Shown: positions 1-11,327 of the stretch, one piece after another
Numbering within the stretch: position 1 is the first letter of the stretch
How the letters are laid out: every line of letters starts with the position of its first letter
Source: Stegostoma tigrinum
Taxonomy: Eukaryota
Length of the DNA: 49,129 nt
Direction of reading: 5' to 3'
Assembly: GCF_030684315.1 (NCBI RefSeq)
Contig: NW_026728244.1
Location: 124,001-173,129 of the forward strand
Translations under genes and position numbers: made by a program
The notes under the pieces: model-generated
What the model was told of the DNA's origin: nothing
What the model saw: the letters and a program-made list of their open reading frames with translations, nothing else
Database searches by the model: none

Positions 1-1903
1 GTATACTGCATCCGCTGTACCTGTTGTGGCTCCCTCTACATCGGGGACACCAAGCGGAGGCTTGGGGACCGCTTTGCAGAACACCTCCGCTCGGTTCGCA
101 ATAAACAACTGCACCTCCCAGTCGCAAACCATTTCCACTCCCCCTCCCATTCTTTAGATGACATGTCCATCATGGGATTTGAAAGCTGAGTACAGGATTA
201 AGGATAGGATTCTTGGCAGCGTGGAGTTCATGGACTTCAGTAAGGCATTTGATAAGGTTCCCCATGGAAGGCTCATTCAGAAGGTCAGGAGGAATGGGAT
301 ACAGGGGAACTTAGCTGCTTGGATACAAAATTGGCTGGCCAACAGAAGACAGCGTGTGGTAGTAGAAGGAAAATATTCTGCCTGGAAGTCAGTGGTGAGT
401 GGGGTTCCACAGGGCTCTGTCCTTGGGCCTCTACTGTTTGTAATTTTTATTAATGACTTGGACGAGGGAATTGAAGGATGGGTCAGCAAGTTTGCAGATG
501 ACACAAAGGTCGGAGGTGTCGTTGACAGTGTAGAGGGCTGTTGTAGGCTGCAGCGGGACATTGACAGGATGCAGAGATGGGCTGAGAGGTGGCAGATGGA
601 GTTCAACCTGGATAAATGCGAGGTGATGCATTTTGGAAGGTCGAATTTGAAAGCTGAGTACAGGATTAAGGATAGGATTCTTGGCAGCGTGGAGGAACAG
701 AGGGATCTTGGTGTGCAGATACATAGATCCCTTAAAATGGCCACCCAAGTGGACAGGGTTGTTAAGAAAGCATATGGTGTTTTGGCTTTCATTAACAGGG
801 GGATTGAGTTTAAGAGTCGTGAGATCTTGTTGCAGCTCTATAAAACTTTGGTTAGACCGCACTTGGAATACTGCGTCCAGTTCTGGGCGCCCTATTATAG
901 GAAAGATGTGGATGCTTTGGAGAGGGTTCAGAGGAGGTTTACCAGGATGCTGCCTGGACTGGAGGGCTTATCTTATGAAGAGAGGTTGACTGAGCTCGGT
1001 CTCTTTTCATTGGAGAAAAGGAGGAGGAGAGGGGACCTAATTGAGGTATACAAGATAATGAGAGGCATAGATAGAGTCGATAGCCAGAGACTATTTCCCA
1101 GGGCAGAAATGGCTAGCACGAGGGGTCATAGTTTTAAGCTGGTTGGTGGAAAGTATAGAGGGGATGTCAGAGGCAGGTTCTTTACGCAGAGAGTTGTGAG
1201 AGCATGGAATGCGTTGCCAGCAGCAGTTGTGGAAGCAAGGTCATTGGGGTCATTTAAGAGACTGCTGGACATGCATATGGTCACAGAAATTTGAGGGTGC
1301 ATCCATGAGGATCAATGGTCGGCACAACATTGTGGGCTGAAGGGCCTGTTCTGTGCTGTACTGTTCTATGTTCTATGTTCTATGGGCCTCCTGCAGTGCC
1401 ACAATGATGCCACCCGAAGGTTGCAGGAACAGCAACTCATATTCCGCCTGGGAACCCTGCAGCCTAATGCTATCAATGTGGACTTCACCAGCTTCAAAAT
1501 CTCCCCTTCCCCCACCGCATCCCAAAACCAGCCCAACGTGCCCCCACCTCCCTAACCTGTTCTTCCTCCCACCTCAAGCCGCACCTCCATTTCCTACCTA
1601 CCAACCTCATCCCGTCCCCTTGACCTGTCCGTCCTCCCCGGACTGACCTATCCCCTCCCACCCCACCTAAACTCACCTCCACAGGCTCCATCCCTGCCCC
1701 TTTAACTTGTCTGTCTCCTCTCCACCTATCTTCCACTCTACCCATCTTCGATCCGCCTCCCCCTCCCCCTCTCTCCCTATTTATTCCAGTTCCCTCTCCC
1801 CATCCCCCTCTCTGATGAAGGGTCTAGGCCCGAAACGTCAGCTTTTGTGCTCCTGAGATGCTGCTTGGCCTGCTGTGTCCATCCAGCTCCACACTTAGTT
1901 ATC
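1..1903 (+). mobile_element. Penelope-like element 3' part (GIY-YIG endonuclease), interrupted by a LINE at 177-1381
   Basis: LYIGDTKRRLGDRFAEHL...; the sequence resumes at 1382 collinear with the copy at 45399-46525. Confidence 0.85.
177..1381 (+). mobile_element. 5'-truncated CR1-clade LINE (HER1-like), RT C-terminal part with (TTCTATG)n tail
   Basis: Open frame with DFSKAFD, GVPQGSVLGP, FADD; microsatellite tail; ATGGG target duplication at 172-176/1382-1386. Confidence 0.92.
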
Positions 1904-2565
1904 TAGAAGCCTGTTTGAGGTGGGAGCGGGCGCTGCAGCATTTCTGTTTCCTCTCTCTTATTCACCCATTTTAGTGACGGTTAAGAGCTTTGAGGGAGGA
2001 ACCTGGGGCCAGATACTGGAATCGATCGGTGCCCACATGCCCCCATCATCCTCCTCAAATAGTGACAGGCTGCTGCTGGTGGAGTATTGTGGCCATCCTT
2101 GAGAACAGAACAATGTCACCCTTTTGCCCAGAGACAGCCCTTTGTTTTCCCAAGGGACCAGTCGTGGGTTCAGGATAATAACAGGCTGCTTACTGAAGCA
2201 AGTGGCTTGTAGGTGTGCAATAACTCAGAAGCACCCAGTCTGCCGAGAGAAATCACCTCAGTCTCTCTCGCTCTGTCCCTTCTGCGGCGCGTGTGTGCGT
2301 GTGTGTGTGTCCTAACAGTGCTCCCACTCACCATTTCCCTGTAATCCATTGTCACTGCAAATCGGCCTTTCAAAGGGGGTACACCTTCACCTCATTCTCA
2401 TTCTCACAGTCTCTCTCACTCTCTCTGTCTCACTGTCACTCTCTCTGTGTCTCACTCTTTCTCTCTGGCTTTCACTGTCTCTCTCTCTCTCTCTCACATT
2501 TTCCCTCTGTCACCCTCTCACTCTCCCTCTTGCCCTCATTCTCACTCTCTGGCTGTCTCTTAAAA

Positions 2566-2790
2566 AAACCAAAAGAACTGCAGATGTTGTAAATCAGGAA
2601 CAGAAACAGAAGTTGCTGGGAAAGCTCAGCAGGTCTGGAGGCATCAGTGAAGAAAAAAATCACAGTTAATGTTTTGGGTATGTTCTGAGGAAGGGAGGAA
2701 GTGTCACCAGACCCAAAACGTTAACTCTTTTTATCTTGTCAGACACTGCCAGACCTGCTGAGCTTTTCCAGCAACTTTGTTTTTGTTCTC
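2566..2790. mobile_element. short non-autonomous element with inverted arms (Penelope-terminus-like)
   Basis: gttgctgggaaagctcagcaggtctgg ... ccagacctgctgagcttttccagcaac are reverse complements. Confidence 0.55.
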
Positions 2791-2806
2791 TGGCTCTCTC
2801 TGTCAC

Positions 2807-2839
<33 letters not shown>

Positions 2840-3149
2840 GGGTAGTGTTGGAGATAGCGGTCCTCAGAATCCTGGCTAATGCTCCTCCCTCACCCAACAC
2901 CATTTGAAATGGATAAACTGATGTGTGATCGCATTTAGTCTCTTGTGTGAAAAGAACAGGGGCAGATGTGGCATCAGAGAGCAAGAGCTTATTATAGTGC
3001 TAACTGGATATTTTATAACGCTAAAGAAGCCAGAAGCAAAATTCAGATACAGTTTATTAATCATTACTATGAAATGTACAATCGATTTCTCCCATTCCTT
3101 TATGTAGAAACATACTGTAATCTAACAACAGCCCACAAATGTCATTGGT

Positions 3150-3705
3150 CAGTACATTGAGTTGGGAGGGCCACATGGCGGCTGTATTGGTGAGGCCACG
3201 TGTGGAATACCGCATTCAATTCTGGCCTCTCTGCTATTGGAAGGATGGGGTGAAACTTGAAGGGTTCAGAAAAGGGCGTTGGAGGGTTTGAGTGACAGGG
3301 AGAGGCTGAATAGGCGGGGGCTATTTCCCCTGAAGCGTTTGGATGGGGTGACGTTTTAGAAATTTATAAAATCATGAGGGGCATGGAGAGGGTGAATAGT
3401 CAAAGTCTTTTCTCCAGGGTAGGGGAGTCCAAAGCTAGAGGGGCATGGGTTTAAGGTGAGAGGGGGACGGACCTGAGGGGCAACTTTTTCACGCAGAGTG
3501 TGGTGTGTGTATAGAAGGAGCTGCCAGAGGAAGTGGTGGGGGCTGGTACAGTTACAGCATTTAAAAGGCGTCTGGATGGGGTTAGGAATAGGAAGGGTTT
3601 AGAGGGATATGGGCCACATGCTGGCAAATGGGACTAGTTTAACTTAGGATGTCTCGATGGCATAGATGATTTGGGCCAAAGGACCTGTTTCCGTGACTCT
3701 ATAAC
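3150..3705 (+). mobile_element. degenerate CR1 LINE 3' fragment
   Basis: VRPHVEY..QFW-like segment and 3' UTR similar to the other copies. Confidence 0.7.
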
Positions 3706-3926
3706 CATTGATGACCCTTGATTAATGGCAGATCCTGTATTCTGCTAAACAGAAAACATCAAACATCCTGCAGGTGAGGACAGTCACTCTCTCCTCTCCC
3801 AACGTGGACTGATCTACAGTGAAAATGGACAGAGAAAGGACTCATTTTGGTGAATACTTTCAACATAAAACCGTAGTCGACGTAAAGAGGAGCCAGTGCT
3901 AGGTTAGAATAGAGCATTACCCAGTG

Positions 3927-4631
3927 TTAGATACAGAGTAAAGCTCCCTCTACACTGTAACATCCCCCCACTTCACCCTCTATCTGATAGTCCCAGGGAC
4001 AGGGACAGCATGGGGTTAGATACAGAGTAAAGCTTCCTCTACACTGTAACATCCCCCCCACTTCACCTTCTATCTGATAGTCCCAGGGACAGGGACAGCA
4101 TGGGGTTAGATACAGAGTAAAGCTTCTTCTACACTGTAACATCCCCCCCACTTCACCTTCTATCTGATAGTCCCAGGGACAGGGACAGCATGGGGTTAGA
4201 TACAGAGTAAAGCTTCCTCTACACTGTCACATCCCCCCCCATTTCACCTTCTATCTGATAGTCCCAGGGACAGGGACAGCATGGGGTTAGATACAGAGTA
4301 AAGCTTCCTCTACACTGTAACATCCCACCCACTTCACCCTCTATCTGATAGTCCCAGGGACAGGGACAGCATGGGGTTAGATACAGACTAAAGCTCCCTC
4401 TACACTGTAACATCCCCCCCACTTCACCCTCTATCTGATAGTCCCAGGGACAGCATGGGGTTAGATACAGACTAAAGCTCCCTCTACACTGTAACATCCC
4501 CCCCACTTCACCCTCTATCTGATAGTCCCAGGGACAGGGACAGCATGGGGTTAGATACAGACTAAAGCTCCCTCTACACTGTACCCCCATTAAACGCTCC
4601 CAGGGACAGGGACAGCACGGGGTTAGATACA
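3927..4631. repeat. minisatellite, about 90-bp unit
   Basis: ttagatacagagtaaagct... recurs at 3927, 4016, 4106, 4196 and onward. Confidence 0.9.
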
Positions 4632-4864
4632 GTTTGTGAGCAGTGTGCTGCCTGTTGGATAGTTTCTGCGTGACATTGAGAAACGCCGTTGGGGTCTCTC
4701 TGCTGCAGTGAGTGTGTAAGTTGTTGCTGTGATTAGGGACTGGGATATATCTGCGAATGATGCCACCACACAATGTGTTGACAGTGGGGAAGGTCACTGC
4801 TCCAACCCACAGGCAAATGAACCTCACTGACCTTCCTCACACCTCCTTCCAGTCTCCGTTGCAG

Positions 4865-4904
4865 TTATTCTTTACAGGACAGGCTTGGAGACGGCGCACC
4901 CTGT
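4865..4904 (-). CDS. WA: WA-1 exon 5, cytoplasmic tail and stop
   Basis: cctttttacag acceptor; phase 2 joins to RQGAPSPSLSCKE-TAA. Confidence 0.7.
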
Positions 4905-7900
4905 CTGTAAAAAGGGGAAATGGCAGTGACCAGTCTGTAAGCCTGCACAGAAGGTGTGTGGAAAAGTTGGGTGGGGGGGGGGGGGGTTGTGAGAAAGAGC
5001 TCAGAGACTGTAAAGGAGAGGTGCTCACCGATTGCGTATCTTTATAACCAGGACCAGACCGATGAGGAATCCAACAGCTCCCACAATTACACCAACAGCA
5101 CAGATAACAGTCCCAGTGTGATCCTGTTGAGGAGGGGGATCTGTGTAAAAACAGGACAGAAACAATATTACACCAACATTCCCGTTACCACTCTTCACTG
5201 ATCGTCAGATATAGGCTTTCACAGGGCTCCCAGTGTAGTGTGTCAGTGTTTACAGGGGCTCCCAGTGTAGACCGTCAGTATTTACAGGGGCTCCCAGTGT
5301 AGACCGTCAGTATTTACAGGGGCTCCCAGTGTAGTGTGTCAGTATTTACAGGGGCTCCCAGTGTAGTGTGTCAGTGTTTACAGGGCTCCCAGTGTAGAGT
5401 GTCAGTATTTACAGGGGCTCCCAGTGTAGTGTGTCAGTATTTACAGGGGCTCCCAGTGTAGAGTGTCAGTATTTACAGGGGCTCCCAGTGTAGTGTGTCA
5501 GTATTTACAGGGGCTCCCAGTGTAGTGTGTCAGTATTTACAGGGGCTCCCAGTGTAGAGTGTCAGTATTTACAGGGGCTCCCAGTGTAGTGTGTCAGTAT
5601 TTACAGGGGCTCCCAGTGTAGAGTGTCAGTATTTACAGGGCTCCCAGTGTAGAGTGTCAGTATTTACAGGGGCTCCCAGTGTAGTGTGTCAGTATTTACA
5701 GGGCTCCCAGTGTAGAGTGTCAGTATTTACAGGGGCTCCCCGTGTAGTGTGTCAGTACTTACAGGGGCTCCCAGTGTAGTGTGTCAGTATTTACAGGGGC
5801 TCCCAGTGCAGTGTGTCAGTATTTACAGGGGCTCCCAGTGTAGTGTGTCAGTGTTTACAGGGGCTCCCAGTGCAGTGTGTCAGTGTTTACAGGGGCTCCC
5901 AGTGTAGAGCGTCAGTGTTTACAGGGGCTCCCAGTGTAGTGTGTCAGTACTTACAGGGGCTCCCAGTGTAGTGTGTCAGTATTTACAGGGGCTCCCAGTG
6001 CAGTGTGTCAGTATTTACAGGGGCTCCCAGTGTAGTGTGTCAGTATTTACAGGGGCTCCCAGTGTAGTGTGTCAGTGTTTACAGGGGCTCCCAGTGTAGA
6101 GCGTCAGTGTTTACAGGGGCTCCCAGTGTAGTGTGTCAGTATTTACAGGGGCTCCCAGTGTAGTGTGTCAGTGTTTACAGGGGCTCCCAGTGCAGTGTGT
6201 CAGTATTTACAGGGGCTCCCAGTGTAGTGTGTCAGTGTTTACAGGGGCTCCCAGTGTAGTGTGTCAGTATTTACAGGGGCTCCCAGTGTAGTGCGTCAGT
6301 ATTTACAGGGGCTCCCAGTGTAGAGCGTCAGTATTTACAGGGGCTCCCAGTGTAGTGTGTCAGTATTTACAGGGGCTCCCAGTGTAGTGTGTCAGTATTT
6401 ACAGGGGCTCCCAGTGTAGTGCGTCAGTATCTACAGGGGCTCCCACTGTAGTGTGTCAGTATTTACAGGGCTCCCAGTGTAGTGTGTCAGTATCTACAGG
6501 GGCACCCCGTGTAGTGTGTCAGTGTTTACAGGGACTCCCAGTGTAGTCTGTCAGTGTTTACAGTGGCTCCCAGTGTAGTGTGTCAGTATTTACAGGGGCT
6601 CCCAGTGTAGAGTGTCAGTATTTACAGGGGCTCCCAGTGTAGTGTGTGAGTGTTTACAGGGCTCCCAGTGTAGAGTGTCAGTATTTACAGGGGCTCCCAG
6701 TGTAGAGTGTCAGTATTTACAGGGGCTCCCCGTGTAGTGTGTCAGTATTTACAGGGGGTCCCAGTGTAGTGTGTCAGTATTTACAGGGGCTCCCAGTGTA
6801 GTGTGTCAGTATTTACAGGGGCTCCCAGTGTAGTGTGTCAGTATTTACAGGGGCTCCCGGTGTAGTGTGTCAGTATTTACAGGGGCTCCCCGTGTAGTAT
6901 ATCTGTAGTTGGGGAGAATCTCAGGGCAGGGGGTTTGTAGGTATGCATAGAGAGTCTGCCCAATGTCGGGTGTTACACAGCACTGGCAAACCCTGTACCT
7001 GGATCTGAATCTGTGCAGTAGACAGCAACCCTGTGTCTGACCTACCGAGTGAAACAGTGAGAGGCTGTTGCAGACTGATGTGATCCACACTGCATGCGTA
7101 GGTGTCCCCACTGCCCCGCCTCATCTGGATAGATTTCAGGATGTTAAATGTCCAATCCGGTTCCACCACTAACTGTGATGAGTTCACCTGGCCCCCAAAC
7201 GGCCTCCCATTGACCAGGAAACTCAGCTCAATCCCGAACGGATAGAATTTCTCTGCATAGCAGTACAGGATGTCCGGATGTCCTGGGCTCCTATTCGGCT
7301 CCATGTAGATGTGCACAGATGGTTTCTCTGTCGGACAAAGTGATTGCAGCATTAATGATTGGCCATTTGGTCCACTTTTCCTGATGGCGCACAGGAACTG
7401 TGGTGTCCCTGTGGAGTATGGGCCTCTCCCATTCTTCACCAACCCCGGGGGCAGCAGTGACAACCCCCCAACCACCTTCTCCATCAGACCAGCTGGGGAT
7501 AGGGCGGCACAGTGGCAATGCCTCGCCCTCTCATTGCTCTTGGGGGACAGTGTAGGGGAAGCTTTACTCTGTATCTAACCCTGTATTGTTCCTGTCCTGG
7601 GAGTGTTTGATGGGAGGCGCAGAGAGTGTAGAGGCAGCTTTAATCTAACTCGGTGGTGTCCCTGTGTTTTTTGGGGGAAAATGTCGAGGAAACTTTACTC
7701 TGTATCTTCTCTGTAACAAAACAGACCATGCATTTCTGCTCTGGGGATCTTGCTGTGCACTGAAGGTGTCCTGATGTTCAATGTACCCTCCGCCATCGAC
7801 TCCAGACTCCAAGCCCAGTACCCCTGGCTAGGGGGCAGATCATCCCTTCCTTTGTAGACCGAATAGACCCATACATGTGAGAGAGAGAGGGAGAAGGGAG

Positions 7901-10284
7901 CTAGGGTTGTGTGCTTGAAAATTATCAGGATGGAGAGATAGCAGTCAAGAGAAAACACAGTATCCCCAGCTTCATTAATCGAGGCTGAGGTGGGAGTGAA
8001 ATCAGAGAACATTGTAGAACCTGGGCACATCTTTCATTGTGAGGGTGAAAGAGAAGGCGATGATTAGCATTTTGAGTTCTTCCTAAGAGTGGGCGCCATT
8101 GGCGGACAAGAGACAGCTGGAGAAGATGGTAAGGGTGAACCAGACAAGGCAAAGGGAGAGCTCGCGGCGGTCAAGGATTGCTAGGGATATAAACTGGGTG
8201 TTAATAGTCGAGGGCTTTAGTGAGTGTTGACCGGACACAGGTGAGGGGAGGGGGCACAGCAGAAAAACTGAAGAGGCAGCGAAGTCAACAATGAGTTCCG
8301 AAGGAAGTAAGGTCCCCAAGCAGAACATGAGGGATTATCCTAGATAATGGGAACTGCAGATGCTGGAGAATTCCAAGATAATAAAATGTGAGGCTGGATG
8401 AACACAGCAGGCCAAGCAGCATCTCAGGAGCACAAAAGCTAAAGATTATCCTTCCAGCTTGTGTTGAGTTCCATCCAGACGTTGGGGCTGTCTCAGGACA
8501 TAAACTTCTGTCCAGGAGGTTGTTGCAGGGGGTGGGGGTTCTTAGGATGCTGGTCCGGCCTCCACTGGAGGATTGCTCCCAGTTTTTCTGGCACCCCTAA
8601 CCCCACAGCCCAACGTCCTCCGTGCTTTGGGTGAACACATTAAAGGGAAAGCGATTCATGGGAACAGTTCCTGGGATGAGGGGGAGGTCAGAGCAGGGAA
8701 GGCCAAAGGGAGATTCCATTGAGGTCTTGCCAAGCCACGACAGTGGTGGGGAGGGTGGGGTGCAGTCTGGGACGGAATAAAGGGGGAGAAGCCGGTGGAA
8801 GCATTGAGAGGGAACAATATGAGGAGAAACATTTTCACGCAGCGAACTTTCGGGATGTGGAACGTGTTGTCTGAGAGAGTGATGGGGGAGGCTTTTCAGG
8901 GGGAACTGGATGGTTATCAGAAAGAGGAGGATGTTGTCTTGTGGGGAGGAGGCGGGAGAGTAGGATTGGACGAGGGGCTCATCAGCGCAGAGAACATGAG
9001 CTGTCGTACGAAAGGGATGTCACATCGATGCTGATGGGGGAAGCCTGGGGATTCACAGCGTGTTCCCACTCTGTCGCACTCTGCACTGATCGTCCTGCTC
9101 CCTGGGGAACCAGCAACTTACTCTTGGCGATGGCCGTGGAGTTTGTCAAGTGGATCATCTCCCTGGTTGTGCCCCTCAGCCGGGCTTGGAAACCACGTGC
9201 TCTCTCACGGTAATAATCCACCTCGTCCTGACCCAGCTCCCGGATCCCGTCCGTCACTTGGCCGTTGATAACGAACGTTTGGGCTCCATAATCATAGAAC
9301 AGGAACGGGACATAGTTTATGCTGAACATGTCCAGGATGTTCTCGGAATGTGGAGTGTGGACGTAGTACAGACTCTCTGTCACTGCGCTGACCTCTAGCC
9401 AGGAGAAAGGAAGTTAAAAAATAGGTGTCAGAGTTTCCCGTTGTCTGACACACTCACCTGTTCATATCCTCACACACTCACGTTCACACCCTTACAAGCC
9501 CAAATCCTTTCATACTCATTCTCATGTTTGCACACTTACACATGCACTCACCCACTTACACACTCATGTTCACACCCTTACATGCTGAAATCCTGTCGCA
9601 CTCAGGTTCACACCTTGAGACACACACACCCTTACACACATTTAAATTCTCACACACTCATACCTTTATACGCTCACATTCAATCTCTTACACACTCACC
9701 CTTACATACACTCACAATCTTACGCACACTCAAACTCTTATACACTAATGCCCTTTACACACTTGTACCTTTACATACGCAAACTCTCACACTCACACCC
9801 TTTACCCACTCACATTCACACTCATACTCACACCCTTACACACACAGACTCTTACACACTCACACTGTTCCACAACCCATTCAAACACTTGCACACTTGC
9901 AGTTTAAAATTGCAACTCTAACACACTCAGTGTTACATTCACACATATTCTCTTACGCACAGACTTTCACACTCTTACACACTGACATGTTTAAGGACAC
10001 ACACTCCTACACACTCGCTTTTACATTTGCACGTTCTCTCATGCTCATATTCGCTCACGACCACATTCACACCCCATCTCACTCTTACACTCAGATTCTC
10101 ACACACATGCAACTCACACCACAACATACACAACTATGGGCCAAGTGCGGAGAAATGGGATTGGAATAGATAGATGCTCGAGGACTAGAATGGGCTGAAG
10201 GGCCTGTTAAAACCTCTGCGACTCACCAGTCTGTGCCCTGACTGCCGTCACCAGGATGAGAAGGCAGATCCCATGGAACTCCAT
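4865..10284 (-). CDS. WA: MHC W-category alpha chain, pair 1 (5 coding exons, about 254 aa)
   Basis: Exons 10284-10227, 9394-9122, 7327-7046, 5140-5029, 4904-4865. All introns are GT-AG with phases 1,1,1,2 and give an open frame: leader MEFHGICLLILVTAVRAQT; alpha1 EVSAVTESLYY...TNSTAIAK; C1-Ig KKPSVHIY...LYCYAEKFYP...QLVVEPDWTF...YACSVDH; class II-alpha-type TM TVICAVGVIVGAVGFLIGLVLVI; tail KIRNRQGAPSPSLSCKE*. Confidence 0.85.
5029..5140 (-). CDS. WA: WA-1 exon 4, connecting peptide/TM
   Basis: DPPPQQDHTGTVICAVGVIVGAVGFLIGLVLVIKIRN; ttttacacag acceptor, gtgagc donor. Confidence 0.85.
5218..6899. repeat. minisatellite, 32-bp unit (WA-1 intron 3)
   Basis: (cagtatttacaggggctcccagtgtagtgtgt)n. 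Confidence 0.95.
7046..7327 (-). CDS. WA: WA-1 exon 3, alpha2 C1-set Ig domain (beta2m-like)
   Basis: 282 nt, phase 1-1; LYC..FYP..DWTF..YACSVDH motifs. Confidence 0.92.
9122..9394 (-). CDS. WA: WA-1 exon 2, alpha1 groove domain
   Basis: 273 nt, phase 1-1, ctag| acceptor and A|gtaagt donor; PFLFYD strand motif and C-terminal N-S-T sequon. Confidence 0.85.
9445..10132. repeat. degenerate CA-rich simple repeat (WA-1 intron 1)
   Basis: cacactca/cccttaca units. Confidence 0.8.
10227..10284 (-). CDS. WA: WA-1 exon 1, signal peptide
   Basis: ATG in good Kozak context (gcgccATGG), hydrophobic MEFHGICLLILVTAVRAQT, phase-1 donor G|gtgagt. Confidence 0.85.
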
Positions 10285-11254
10285 GGCGCGCGAGCGTGTG
10301 GGTCCCTCTCCTGCGCGTTCCCAGATGGGGCGATGGGAATTTGAGAATCGCTCAGAGGCAGATCAGTAGGGTTGAGCTTTACCTGACGCCGTGATTCAGC
10401 ACTGTAACTGAATCTCAGCACCGACACACAGACACCCCGCCTGCTTTCGCCCCCGCCGGCAGCTCGTTCATTTCACAATCCCGGATATCTTAACCTGACA
10501 CTTGGCTCCCAGCTAGACAAACAGGTTCTGTGGGAACGAAGCACATTTCAAAACACTGGGGGAATTTTACAAAGCATCAGCATCAGGATAGGGAGGAGAG
10601 AGGGGCATCTCAAAGATGCTGGGGGAGGGGAGGAAATCCGACTCAAGGGGAATCTGTGAGGGAGTAGAGAGGGATAGAGCCCTTTCCCATTGTTGGAAGC
10701 ATCGAGACTCAACGGATGGCATGGACTGACGGTGACAGGAACAGGGGACAGTGAGGGCTCGGCATCTGCCTGAGGCTGCCCAGGGGAATGTGGGGCAAGG
10801 CGAGGCAGGTTCGATCCAGGCCCTCATGAGTGGGGGGGATAGGATCGTCCGCTGCCAGACCGAATGGATGTCATCTGCTCTGGATGAGTGGTGGGATTTG
10901 CTGGTGGAGGGTGACAGAAAGGGGCCAGCTGGAGCATGAATGCCAGGAGATGAGCCAATGGAAGGTCGGGGACATTCAGACCGAGGAAGGGGCAGGTGCA
11001 GGTTCGTTGGTCAAGCAGGAGAGTGGGGTGTGTGTGTGCAAAATGTATCCAGGAGTCATTCTCCTGCCCTGAAAATGGGCTGATTGTTCACAACGAGGTG
11101 GAAGGAGAGACCTGTCAGGAGCTGTTGAAGAGAGAGCATCAGCATGCCTGAGGAGGAGCGGTGGGTGGGGATTGTGATCGATGTGCCTGTATCTCAGGAA
11201 TGTGGACCGAGCACTGCTCACTCCAGGCAGTCTCACTCAGAGAACGCGTTTGAG
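10285..11254. promoter_or_regulatory. putative bidirectional promoter of WA-1/WB-1
   Basis: About 970 bp between divergent ATGs; CpG-richer next to the WA-1 start. Confidence 0.6.
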
Positions 11255-11327
11255 ATGCCAGCTCTCTACCAGTGGGCACTGCTCACCGCTGTGGCTTCTG
11301 TCCTGGAAGTGACAGGCAGCTCGGGGG
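11255..11327 (+). CDS. WB: WB-1 exon 1, signal peptide
   Basis: MPALYQWALLTAVASVLEVTGSSG followed by a consensus G|gtaagt donor, phase 1; lies about 970 bp from the divergent WA-1 ATG. Confidence 0.75.

Noticed and set aside
158-1294. 378-aa ORF as a host gene
   Set aside because: Chimeric frame: a few Penelope-derived codons fused to a truncated CR1 RT.
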